Notes: generated by a model not told the origin, from the sequence alone. A stretch of DNA of 63,391 nucleotides, filler included, from Olpidium bornovanus S191 (GCA_017911155.1; 30 parts of 30 records of this genome joined end to end with filler, not necessarily neighbours in it), one strand, 5' to 3'; shown: positions 36,534 through 48,437, counted from the first letter of the whole stretch. Numbers and translations: made by a program.

Positions 36534-38421
36534 TACAGCATGGGAAGTACAAGGGAAGTGTGTGAGCGAAAATGCGAACTTCAACAACGCCAGCTGCGGG
36601 AAGATGTTTCCGTCCGCCGGACCACCTCTCCGTAAAGTACTTACGGATTTCGTACCGCNNNNNNNNNNNNNNNNNNNNNNNNNNNNNNNNNNNNNNNNNN
36701 NNTTAATTAATTAANNNNNNNNNNNNNNNNNNNNNNNNNNNNNNNNNNNNNNNNNNNNCCCCGCCGCCGTTGTCCATCGACCCATTTACTCGGGCAGCCG
36801 GATTGACTAGCGGGCCCTGAGTCGGTGTACGTCATGATGTGGACGGGGCTCTGCCGTCGGCAGACGGCGTCGATTTGAGAGGGAGGGTAGGACTGAGCAG
36901 ATGAGGGCTTAGTCTGGTTTGGCGTCGGAATTCGCGTCACGTCTCCATTGCGTCGACCCGTGCAAGTTGTTTCGCGTGAATCAGGCGAATTGTGCTTCTT
37001 CGGTTAAGGTGCCTTGGACCGACGATGTCACACAATCTCACCGCCTGAGACACCCCTGAGCAGGGGAACATGTGACGTTGTGGGGTGGTGGCGAAAGCCG
37101 TTACGTGCAGCCCGACGTATGAGTGCTTTCAGCCCGCACAATGGCACCGTTTGATGCAACTGTGGGCGCGAGAGTATGGAAACTGCAACGTTCGGCAGGA
37201 ATCAGCCTCACGAACGAACCGTTCCAACTCAAGCGAAATCAGGGTATGATGCTTATGCGAGCACGTATCAATACGCCTAATAGGACAGTTCAATTTCAAA
37301 ATTTTGGGAAATGGAAATAAAGCTGGTAAATTAGCCAGCGCAGGTTCATTAAAATGCACTTCCCTTCCCGGAAGGAAACCTTTGAAAACATCGAAAGCCG
37401 CCAAATCTAAGTTTACTTGAAACGTCAGAGCACGTTGTTGCCCGCACTTAGCCCAACCTCATCCCACCCGGATGTCAACCAGTTCAAGGGCCCACTGGCA
37501 ACCAGCAAACCTGGACCGTACGGCAATGAGAAGTTTCCCGCCCCCCCTCTTCCCCCGTCCCCGCGGGGTTGCTCGTCCCCGAAAAGGGCAAGGGGCCTTC
37601 ACCCCGCACGGGCACTGACGAGGGCGAGGTCAAGTGGTGAGGGAGCGGACACGTTGCAGGCAACGTCAGCCACATCGTTGGAACTGTTGGCCATTCCTTC
37701 GAACATTTTGTCGTGCAGATCCCTCTGCATTTGTCGTTACAGGTGAAGGCATCGTGATTCGATCGCGAAGGGAATCGAGAGAGTCGTCATACCTCACCTT
37801 GGGTGAATGAACAGGCAAAAACAAACGGGAAAACCGAAGGCCTTTCGTCGCCGAAACGCGTGACGCAGCAATTGGCAACTGGGGGAGGAGAAGTACCGAA
37901 AAAGTGGAAAAACGAGCAAACGCACGATTTTTAGAATTTCGGGCCGGCCAATGACGCCGACTTTCTCTGGTCACCAACAGCCCACGCCGCGCAACCAAAC
38001 TGCCGTTACCCCCCCCCTTTCCAAAAAAAAAAATTTTTTTTTGCATCTCCTATGTTGAGCAACGGGCCGCGTCGTCCGATTTAAGCATAAAAAAGGACGA
38101 AGCTCCTTTAACACTTTACTCTGATATTCATTGGCCTATTATTAAGAAGAGCCCCTTTTTGACATGCACCCGTAATGCTTCGCAGGAGCACCCTCGTTCT
38201 GGCGCGCGGCGCTTGCTCGCAGGCGGCGCCCTTTTAAATTCAGATCCAGAGCTAGAGCTTGGGAGCAAGGATCTCCAGATCACNNNNNNNNNNNNNNNNN
38301 NNNNNNNNNNNNNNNNNNNNNNNNNNNTTAATTAATTAANNNNNNNNNNNNNNNNNNNNNNNNNNNNNNNNNNNNNNNNNNNNCATTATCCCATTCTGGA
38401 CAACTCACTAGGAAGCTTGCA

Positions 38422-38449
38422 AGGGTTAGGGTTAGGGTTAGGGTTAGGG
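38422..38449 (+). repeat. Interstitial telomere-type repeat AGGG(TTAGGG)4
   Basis: Perfect TTAGGG units at 38426, 38432, 38438 and 38444, with non-telomeric sequence on both sides. Confidence 0.93.
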
Positions 38450-40020
38450 CCCAACGTAGGCCACGTGAATGCCGCGTGTGAGCCTTCTTGGATTTAAAGG
38501 CATGGTTTACATGAATTCGTTTCTCTTGGTGAAGGTGTAGGAGTCCTTGTGGCAGGTGAAAAAAAAAAACCTAACTACCATCATTACTTCCGTTAACGTT
38601 CTCTTTGCCGGTTTGTACGCCGTCGAGAGATCCTGCGGCCAGCACGCTTTTCATGGCCAATGACGCTCCGCAACATCGCCCGCCGCCCCATCCCCTCATG
38701 GCCCAGTTTTGGCCGAGTCGTTGGCAGCATGTTCGGGGGCTCGGAACAAGGTGTCCTCGGAAATCTTGCGTTGCGCAAGACCTTCGCCGCCTTTCGGTTA
38801 TTGTCAGATATGCGCATTGCTGGAAAACGGCGAAGGGAAAAAAAAAAGCTTGGAAAGGCTCGTTCGAGGAAACGTTTCCGAGCTTTGGATAGTATACTGC
38901 CGTCCTTTTCGGCGACCCAAGGTCATTAATTTGACTTCGAGCGTCGGCAAACGTTGAAGCGGTCCAGCAGAAATTGCAGCTGCTTTCCACTCGTAATGGC
39001 CGGAAGACCGTAGGCCTCGTGCGGTTCACTGTCCCGCTTGATAGGAACGTCGCGCCCCCCGCCGTGAGCGCGTTTTGTGCACCCGGAGTTTTCGAAAAAA
39101 ACCGGTATCACCCCGGCGGGTTGGCGCTCTTCGAGCCGCCAAAATGTTCCCTCTCGGTGGGAGACCACACCCGCAGACCACAAACTACGTAACAGGGGGT
39201 TGTTTTGCAAGCCCGCGGCGGGCCCGACCCGACACGCGGCAGTGGTGGGGGATCAAATCTGTTCACCCACGCTTCCGCGACGGGGCGGGGGGTAACAGAA
39301 GCGGTTCAATATCGTCATCTGAACGAGATGGGGACTGGGTGATCCGATCCGCTCGTTCGCTTTGCTCATGGGAGTCGCAGGTTTTACGCCGATGTGGAGG
39401 CGATCCCGCGACCCCGTGATACTGTCTTGGGACGAGTTTGACCCACCTAATCCTCCTACTCCCGCCGCTGCACAAGAAAAGGGAAAGCGTGCCAGACATC
39501 ACGCGGTGCTTCCTGGCCAGACGGCTCCGCTTTCAAAAACCAAGCGTCTCGCTTTTCACAGAGGAAAACCGGCGGCTGGGCTCACCGGTGTCGGAAAACT
39601 CGACACATCGGCGGAAAAAATGCCAGGTGAGCTCGCCGCCCTGTCGTCAGGCGTTGTGCAGGTTGCACAGACGGCGCAAAAGAACCCGACAGACCGAGCT
39701 AACGGCCACGCCGACTGTTGACGTTGCGCGATCGCCCGGCCTCTTCCTCTGCTTTCTCGTTTTTTTCTTTTTTTTTTTGTGTGCGCAGAACGGGGATGAT
39801 GTTATTTCTCGTTGGCCCAGCCGCATCTTTTTGTACCGACGGGCGGTCTTGCCGGGTTAACATCATCAGGGGCAACCTCCGGCGCTATCTATGAGGGAGT
39901 GTCGCTCGCCGAAGTGTACCAAATGCCAAAGACGTCCCCGGCACACATCGCCATTCTCCTCCTTTCTTCCCCCGCGAATTCCCCGAAGGAAAACAACAAC
40001 ATCAAGAAAGGGGTGTTCAC

Positions 40021-40120
40021 ATACAAGGGCACAGACGAGAAAATATTTGCCCAGAGGGGCACAATGCAGAAAATATTTACCTAGAAGGACACAGATGAAA
40101 AGAATATTACGAGGAAGGGC
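40021..40120 (+). repeat. Degenerate 30-bp tandem repeat (3 to 4 copies)
   Basis: ATACAAGGGCACAGACGAGAAAATATTTGC / CCAGAGGGGCACAATGCAGAAAATATTTAC / CTAGAAGGACACAGATGAAAAGAATATTAC / GAGGAAGGGC. It reads YKGTDEKIFA QRGTMQKIFT *KDTDEKNIT RKG. Confidence 0.75.
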
Positions 40121-41490
40121 ATTGTTGAGGCGCAAATTTAACGGCGCTGGCAATGATTACATGTTCAAGTGTGATCACTGTATGCCACATAGAACGCAAA
40201 ATTGCTGGTCTGCGTTGTCTTGCCGTCGTCGAGCCTAGGTGGTGCGTTGGCGGAGGACTCGCACTGTAGAAGGCGGAAGATGAGATTCAAGTTTTGAGTA
40301 TTTGCATCTCCGCTCAAACGGAAGTCCTGCCAACTTCTGGAAGATGCTGATGGTTCTGGATAGGATGAGTCCCGGGGGTGGTTCAGGATGGGACGGGGTG
40401 GGACGGGATCCTGTGCCGGGGTCAAGGTGGCCGGAATCGGGGGTTTTGTGCCCCTCTCGGTAATTATTTTCTCATTTTATGCCCCCATACCTAAACCCCC
40501 CCCCCCCCCTCTAACCCCCCCCCCCTCCCCAAAAAAAAAGGTCCGTCGACCGCGAAGCCCGCGAATGTCGCGAACCCCGCGAGTCTCGCAAATCCCGCGG
40601 CGTCCGCAAAATTTTAATAAGGTAAGCTGGCGGCGCGACCTACCTCCAACGCGCCAAAATTCTGACGAAGGAGCCCGCCCCGTCTGCCGTTGATAAGCAA
40701 GCGCCCGCGTTGAACCGGCATTCGGCAACAGATTTTCGAATTTCCTGAGATCTGCGGGGTCGGGGCCCGGGCGCGACGGAAGCCTGCACCCCGGCCTCGC
40801 GGTTGCGGAAGGACGCCTCTGCAGCTCGAACCGGGAGATCCTGTGCCCCCTTGACGTGAAGCCGCTGTCGGCATGGCCCGCGAAAGCGATCCGGTCGTCG
40901 TTGTCAAAATGTGTAGACAAAGCCAAAGTTGAGGAACCTCGCGCGAGCACTTGCCCCGCCAAGGTGGATCGCGTTTTGAACGACGCCGTGGAAACTCGCG
41001 TGTTAAACTTCGAAAGTTATGCCGAGCGAATAGGGCGCCACGTGCAGGTGTTAAGCAAGCTTTCATTTTCTCTCTCGGGAGAAAAGAACCCAGAAGGGGG
41101 GAAAAAAACCCAGGTGCAGTGGAAGGAAGCGAGGGATGTGGGTTGTAACATGTCTGGTAACGGGCGATTGACATCGGCGTGGACCTTTCCCGGGACATTC
41201 AAATGCATTGGCGACCAATGGTCAGCCCGGTGTCCTCAACAACGCAGCTTCGAGAGGGATTACTGGGAANNNNNNNNNNNNNNNNNNNNNNNNNNNNNNN
41301 NNNNNNNNNNNNNTTAATTAATTAANNNNNNNNNNNNNNNNNNNNNNNNNNNNNNNNNNNNNNNNNNNNAAAACTCCATTATATATCCCACAGTCCCTCC
41401 CACAGTTCAAGCAGCTCGGGGACGGTGCTCCCCGTCCCCGGGCCCCTACCGCTCTTCCCGCTTCCCCCTTTCTCCCTTTTCAAGGGGGCC

Positions 41491-41522
<32 letters not shown>

Positions 41523-42053
41523 CCCCCCCCCCCCCCCCCCCCCGCCCCCCGGCCCCCCCCCCCCCCCCCTCCCCCCCCCCCCCCGGCCCCCGGGGCCCCC
41601 CCCCCCCCCCCCCCACACCACGCCCCCCACTCTCTCCCCTTCCCCCGGCCTCCGGTCCCCGCGGAGACGCGGCGAAAGCCCGAGTCTCTCCCCGGAAGGA
41701 CGCCCCCTGATCTCTCTGCGCCCGCGGCGTAATAAGCCATATCGCTCGTGTTCCTTTTCGGACGCCGCTGCGCCTTTCGCCCGGCGCCTGCAGTAGCGAA
41801 GTTCCTCGTTTTCTCCCTGGCACAGCACGCCCTCTGAGCTTGAGCGTGGGGAGGGGGTTCATCCCTCCGAGAACCCTGGCCAGCGACGTTTTCGCCTCGT
41901 ACGATCAGGATTCCCCGTGAGCTGGAGGGCCGACGCGAGAGTCGCGACGACGACGACGGCGGCGGCGGACAGGACGACCGCCGGCGGCTTCATCAGCGGC
42001 CCCTCGACGAGGACTTAGACCAAATCCAGTATCGCGGGAGCGCCGCTCCCGCC

Positions 42054-42965
42054 TTGTTAATTCGGAGCGGCGGCACCCCCAGAATCGGCAGTGCTCCGTC
42101 ATCGCCTTCCAGAAGCGCGCACACGGAGTCCAGCGACGCTAGCCTCTTGGTCACTGAGGGTGCCGCACTTTTTTCTGAGTTCGCCGAACCTGACGCGAGC
42201 GGCGGGGGCCGCGACGGCAGCAGCAGTACCGAAATCGAAGGTCTGGGCGTCACGACATTCCACGCGTTCCCCGAGCGCGCCACCGGCGAGAGCGGAAGCT
42301 CCCGCAGGCGGGAGCGCGAAGCGCAGCAGGGGGGTTCCCCGCCCAGAAAGCGAGCCCGCCTTTCGTACTGCGACGGACACGCTGAGGAAGCCTCCGGCAC
42401 GGACGGTGACGTTTGCGCGAGCGAGAGCACGTCACGTGCCGCACCGGAGGGAGCGGATAGCGGCGTGATGAGGCCGAGCGCCGAAGACGTGACAGGGGAT
42501 TGTGCGGTCCCGGGAGGCGATGCGAGGGCGAAGGCGGAGGGTGCCGTCTCGAACGGACACCACGTCGAACCCGACGCGTCTCCTGGCGATACGGCTGGTG
42601 GTGAAAGGCGGAGAGATCTGGTACGGCTTATTGTGCAGTCTCTCAATGGCCTCGGTTACAAGTAAGTGAAATACTCCCAAATGACTAGCGTCCGGCGCTT
42701 CGCGCAAACCCGAAATGCTCTTCTTATGCGGCTTTGCTTCAGTGAGGCCGCAGACACGTTGCGGAAAGAGTCGGGGTACATTCTGGAACCTCCGTTCGTC
42801 AGCGAATTCTGCGAGGCTGTGCTGTCAGGCGACTGGGGAGCGGTAGAAAACCTCATGTTGAACTTGGAGTTGCGGCAACACGTGGATAGAGACGTACGTC
42901 TGGTTGAAAGTGGAGTGCCTGTTTTCGATGGTGAAGCTCACGGCGTCACGTTAATGCCGTGCATG
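42054..42965 (+). CDS. WDR26: WDR26/Gid7 (CTLH E3 ligase subunit), LisH-CTLH N-terminal part, partial
   Basis: RRDLVRLIVQSLNGLGY|EAADTLRKESGYILEPPFVSEFCEAVLSGDWGAVENL is the LisH+CTLH pattern typical of WDR26/Gid7. The start is uncertain. Confidence 0.85.
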
Positions 42966-43092
42966 NNNNNNNNNNNNNNNNNNNNNNNNNNNNNNNNNNN
43001 NNNNNNNNNTTAATTAATTAANNNNNNNNNNNNNNNNNNNNNNNNNNNNNNNNNNNNNNNNNNNNGTGGGGGGCGCGGGGGGGGGGGGGGGT

Positions 43093-43169
<77 letters not shown>

Positions 43170-44292
43170 CTATTTTACGGGAGGTCTGGGCAAACGTGAC
43201 CCGCAGCTGTCCTGGCGGGCGTAACACGGGGAATTATCACCGGCCGCGCAGCCGGCGTCCGCAACCGGCATCCTGAACACCCCCCCCCCCCCCCCCCCCC
43301 CCCCCCCGCCGCCCACCCCCCCCCCCAACACCCCCCCCCCCCCCCCCCCCCGGCCCCACCCGCCACGCGGCTCCGCCGTCAAACTCCTTCCCCACTGCCT
43401 TCCGCAAGAACTCCCCGCGCGCAGCCGCGCGACAATATTGCGCGCCACGCTTCCCTTTGTCTTTTCAGTTCGGCTGTGAGCCGGAGAGAGCGAGAGCAGC
43501 CCGGCAATCGGGCACAGCGGCTCTCTCCGCACTGAGCGCTAAAGTAAGGGGGGGGGGCTTTATTTCGCCGGCCCTCGGCGATCTGTCAAAGAACGTTTGT
43601 GTTGCGAAAGAACGCCCGTAAAATGGTATTGCTGCCGCCCGCTTCCATAACCCGTCCCGCCGATGCACACCCGTGGGGGGTTTTTTTTTTCGGCGTAGTT
43701 TTCTCTCAGGCGATCGCTGTTCGGCCGCGGTCACCCGCCGTTTCCGTGCACTCTGCGTGATGCCTCCCAGTTGCGGTTCCTCGATCAAACCTGATACATT
43801 CCAATCGGGGTCCCTCTTTTGAACTTTATACACCTCTCATGTCAGGGTCCCGCAACTTTGCCGCCTTCTTACACTGCTTTGCACCCCAGTCGGGGTTATA
43901 CCGAGATGGTCCACTTTCGGGTCCCTCCCCCTCTTTGTCACCTTGCCAGACTGCGCTGCAGCAGAGTCAGGCTTTTCCCCAGATCCTCCAATTTGGTATC
44001 CCTCAAACAAAAAAAATCCAAAACAAAAGAACCAAAAAGAAAAAAAAAATCAAATAAAAAACAACACAAACAAAAAAAAAAGCTAAAAAGGAAAAGGAAA
44101 AAATTCCCGGCCATTTCCCCCCTCCCCCCTTGGCACTCAACGGGACCGCGTTTGTGCAGCACGGGCGCTCGCGAGCGCGAAAAGCTCTCATCTATTTCTC
44201 TACGAAATTTCGCAGCGGTGGTGGGGAACGGGGCCGGGGGAGAAAACGGGGGCGGGGAGCCTTTTAATTTTTTTTATTGTTTTTATTCCTCA

Positions 44293-45364
44293 CTACGGAT
44301 CGAATAATTCCACGTCGTCGCCGGCGTCGGTGGATGAACGAGGGACTGCGCCGTCCAGTTCGAGTTCCTCCACCTCGTCAGGTTCGATGAGCCCGTTCTT
44401 GTTCTTGTCGAGGACGTCCGAGATGCCCATCCACCCTTCCAGGATGTTCTCCTCGTGCGGCGCCTGGGGCGGCCGCCCGACGATGACCAGGTACAGCGCG
44501 CGGAGCTCCCTCTTGCCCACGGGGCGCTCGCGCACGCGTTGGGCCAGCATCGCAACCACTGTCATCGTCCGCGCGACGATCAGGTTACTGGCCCGCAGGG
44601 TCGCTTTGGATGGGGGGACGCCCGAGGCGGAGGCGGCGAGCTCCGTCTCCGGGGCGGCGCACTCGGAGGCGGAACGCCGGGTCAGACCTGCTTCCGGAAG
44701 GCTCACCTTGCGCCCCATGCAAAGCTGGCGAAACAAAAAAAAAATTAATTGCGGGGCAAGGGGTGGGTGGGTTTACGACGAAAGAGCGCCCCCCGCCCCG
44801 CTCCTAAACAAACTTCGCGCGACGCGTGGCAAACAAAAACCCCCCCCCTCCGTGAGCATACCCCGCAATAGGAATTTTCGATGGCCAGAGCCACGGCGCG
44901 AGCCGCCGCCATGTACACCGTGCGGACGAGGAACCGATGCACCTGCTTGATGTAGGAGAGGTTGTACAACTCGCCGACGCTGCAGAGGCCGTGTATGAAG
45001 CCCCGCATGTCTCGGCACATCGACATCCTGTCCGTACCGCAAGTCGAAACTTTTTTTTGTTTTATTCCCCCCCCCCCCGAGACAAAGGTGACATCCCGTC
45101 AAAAAACCGGTTCGCGGGAGGTGGAGGACGGGACCTCGAAAAAAAAATTCCGAAGCGCCGGGCAGCGTGGGAGACCGGGGGGCCAAGGGAAGGGGTGTGT
45201 GTGTCTCCTGCCTTCCCGACTTACACGACTTCGTGCTTCTGGCCATGGATTTACCGACGTCGTTGATGAACTTGTTGCCTCCTGCGGACCACACCTTGCT
45301 GTCGCCCGTGCACATATCGCCTTTCCACAGCCTGACATCGGTGTTGTCTGCTTCGAGATAGAAA
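44293..45364 (-). CDS. Unidentified spliced protein with a C-terminal canonical EF-hand loop, 5' partial
   Basis: Three AG/GT-bounded segments. The last carries DKNKNGLIEPDE (D-x-N-x-N-G-x-I-x-x-x-E) before TAG at 44293. Confidence 0.6.
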
Positions 45365-45464
45365 NNNNNNNNNNNNNNNNNNNNNNNNNNNNNNNNNNNN
45401 NNNNNNNNTTAATTAATTAANNNNNNNNNNNNNNNNNNNNNNNNNNNNNNNNNNNNNNNNNNNN

Positions 45465-48437
45465 CATGCAAGCCTTAGAAGAATACGCACGTGAGCAAAG
45501 CGAGAAGGCAGAGCAAAGAGCAGTGGAAGCGCTGACGGCTGCAGGAAAACTTATCGCCGCTGACGAGTCCAAAGTGCCGGAGCTTACCAACGACGAGATT
45601 TCCGCGTTGCGTGAAGAATTCCAGCGCGCCGAGGCGTCGGAAGCGTTACGTGAGCTCGAAAGGCAGATAATCATCAATCATACTCATGCGAGGCGCGCGG
45701 ATGTCGCAGCCGCCTTCGAAGGTTTGGGGAATTATGAACAAGTGCGAATTGAAAGCGCGGCATTAAGGGAAGCAATTCGCCAGGCGGAACATCTGAATCT
45801 CCACCAGAAGGAAATCACCGACCCCGCACAACATCATAAAGAGGACCTCGAAATTGCCAACGTTGACATTGCGGTAATCTAATCCGCGCGTCCCAAGGTT
45901 TCCGGTTTGTGTGTTGCAGGCACTGACGAGGTCCTGGCTTTTTTCACAGGAAACTCCCCAGGAACACGACAAGGAAAGCAGTTTGTCGACTTTCAAAAGC
46001 CCCTCACGCGGTGGCGCCCTTGTGAGGCGCAGCAAAACCAGTCATTCTGAAACGGAGGCGGAGAACTGGAATGCCCTCAAGTTTTCTGATTTGCCTGAAG
46101 AACTCATTGAGTCACTTATCGAATTCCGATGCAACGAATATTTCCAAATGATAACGAGGATACGAGAGTTTGCGGGGATCGCACAGTCGCAAACCGCGCC
46201 AATCGTCGAGATCGACGGCGACGTATCGGCCGCATCCCTCGAGGAAGCCGAACGCGGCCAACTAATCCGCTATGTTCCAAACCGTCTTTTGCATTTTATT
46301 AGGGAGACCCAAGCCACGCTGGAAAGGAAATCGGCAAGCCAGACGGCGGAATCCGCAGCCCCGCAGTCACTGTTATGGCTTGTAGCACAACCTACGACCA
46401 ACGAGATGACTGCACGCGATATGTTGGACGACGTTCTAATCCTGGTGGGCAACGCCCGCCTCATCGCCCAGCATTTGTCGGATGTCATACAGAAGCAGAT
46501 TGCATACCAGTACGCAGCGGCGCAGAAGGCAGGCGAACAGGCGAAGCAAGCAAATGAAGCAGCAGAAGCTCTTCGGGCAGAATACAAAACCGTTGCTCAG
46601 TCAGCTGCGTCCGAAGATAGCATGCGACTTGTGAAATATCAGTCGAACCTTTTCCTGCGGCATTTCCGTAGAAGGGAGATTGCCGCCGCAAACGACGCCG
46701 TCGAACACGAGCGTTCTCAGAAGTCAGTGGTTCTGCAAGCAATAGCGGGCTTCGAAAACGTCGAACGCGCACTGGCGATCAAAGCGCTCGAGCAGCAGAG
46801 CCAGCTGCGGAAAGCAGCGGCTCAGCTGGAAAAGGAGCGGAATGCGTTGGACTCGTCCTTAGCGGACGCAGCAGCCAATGGCAAGAGCTTGATCCGTTAT
46901 CGTTCCAACAACCTCCTGCGTGAGCTGACGGCCGGCGCTGCCGGCAGCGGGAGCCGCGAAGAGGATGCCGGGAGCGTTCGCGCGTCGAGCTCCTCTTTGT
47001 CCGGGACGGCGGAACCGCTGGCGCATGCCCAAAGCATCCTAGCCTTGCAGGCTTTGGAGGCGTACGAGCGTGAACATAACGATGCTGCCCTGAAGCGCGC
47101 GCAGGAAGCACTCCGGCACGCCGAAAGCATGGCGGCACTGGAGGCGCTCGATGCCTTTGACCGTGAACAGCTGGAAAGGCAAGGGCTGAGAGAGGCGCTT
47201 GAGCGGGCCAATGCCGTGCAGGCGGTGACGGCGCTGGAAAAGGAGGCGCAGGGCAGAAGTGTGGCGATGCAGCGAGCGGAAAGTCATTCCGCCTTTTTGG
47301 CCCTGTCCGAACGAGCTCGGGACCAGGTCGATGCCGAGGCCCTGAAGTCTGCGATCAGGAAGGCGGAGGATGACTGGGCACTTGATCGGGAAAAGGATCG
47401 TCCGGCGGAACCGGAACTGAAGGCGCCGGATCTTCGGGCGGCCAGGGTGGAGAGCCTGCTGCCGGCCGGCCCGCTCGCGGTTCCCCCTGAAACCCAACCA
47501 TGCGATGCGAAGGACTCCCAGCGTGCCGGCGCCGCAATCGTCGGCGGAAATATGCCGCCGCCTGCGGAATATGAGCTGACGCCACCGGGGCCCGCACCGA
47601 CGGCGGTTCCACCTGCGGTCGACGCGGACACCGATGGGGCCTCAGGGCTGGCGGAGGATCGAAATCTGGCCGAATCACTGCGACGAACAGAGGGCATGGC
47701 CGTCGCGAAGGACAGTAGTGTGGGCGAGAACGCCGCCGCGCGGAAGACGGCGCAGGAGCTGCGGAAGGCTGAAAGCGCAGCCGACTTTGAGGCGTTGCGT
47801 GAATACGAGAAGGAGCAGAACGAAATCACCGCAAGGGGCGTTGCCGAAGCACTCCAAAAAGCGGAGAACACCCTCGCTTTTCGCGCTCTGGAGGAATTCA
47901 ATGAAGAGCAGAGCAGAGCAGAGGCAGACAGGCGTGCCGAGGCCCTTGTGCGGGTCGAGAGCATGAACGCCTTGGAAGCTCTGAGGGCATTTGACCAGGA
48001 AGAAAACAAGAGGCGTGCCGCGGAACTTCAACGGGTCAAGAGCATCCGGGACTTGGAAGCGCTGAAGGCGTTTGAGCAGGATGAAAACGAGAGGCGTGCT
48101 GAGGCGGTTCGTCGTATCGAGAGCATCCAGGCATTTGAAGCGCTGAAGGCATTCGATCAGGAAGAAAACGAAAGGCGCGCAGCAGAACTTCAACGGATCG
48201 AGAGCATCTACGCCTTGGAAGCGCTGAAGGCGTTTGAGCAGGATGAAAACGAGAGGCGTACCGAGACGCTTCGGCGTATCGAGAGCATCCGGGCCTTTGA
48301 AGCACTGAAAGCATTCGATCAGGAAGAAAACGAAAGGCGCGCAGCAGAACTTCAACGGATCGAGAGCACCTACGCCTTGGAAGCCTTGAAGGCGTTTGAG
48401 CAGGGCGAAAACGAGAGGCGTGCCGAGACGCTTCGGC
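45465..48437 (+). CDS. Unknown large Glu/Ala/Arg-rich alpha-helical repeat protein, partial at both ends
   Basis: Open frames 45466-45882 and 45911-48437, more than 840 codons in the second, are probably joined by a short intron near 45875-45920. A motif Lx[RK]xESxxAxEALxx[FY]xxE recurs through the protein. Confidence 0.9.
47951..48436 (+). repeat. Coding tandem repeat: six 81-bp (27-aa) units arranged as three 162-bp A/B dimers
   Basis: Units start at 47951, 48032, 48113, 48194, 48275 and 48356. Odd units end AFDQEEN[EK]RRAAELQ and even units end AFEQ[DG]ENERRxExxR. The array runs off the contig end. Confidence 0.97.

Noticed and set aside
36759-38283. ORFs 37129-37404, 37417-37746 and nearby protein-like segments
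   Set aside because: No recognisable motif or consistent splice model, so left unannotated.
38422-38449. True chromosome end
   Set aside because: The orientation is wrong for a left end and unique sequence lies on both sides.
47951-48436. Beta-thymosin/WH2 actin-binding reading of the repeat (EALKAFD...LQRIES versus EIEKFD...LKKTET)
   Set aside because: The spacer between the helix and the LxxxES motif is about 10 residues rather than about 3, and the 27-aa pitch does not fit actin spacing.
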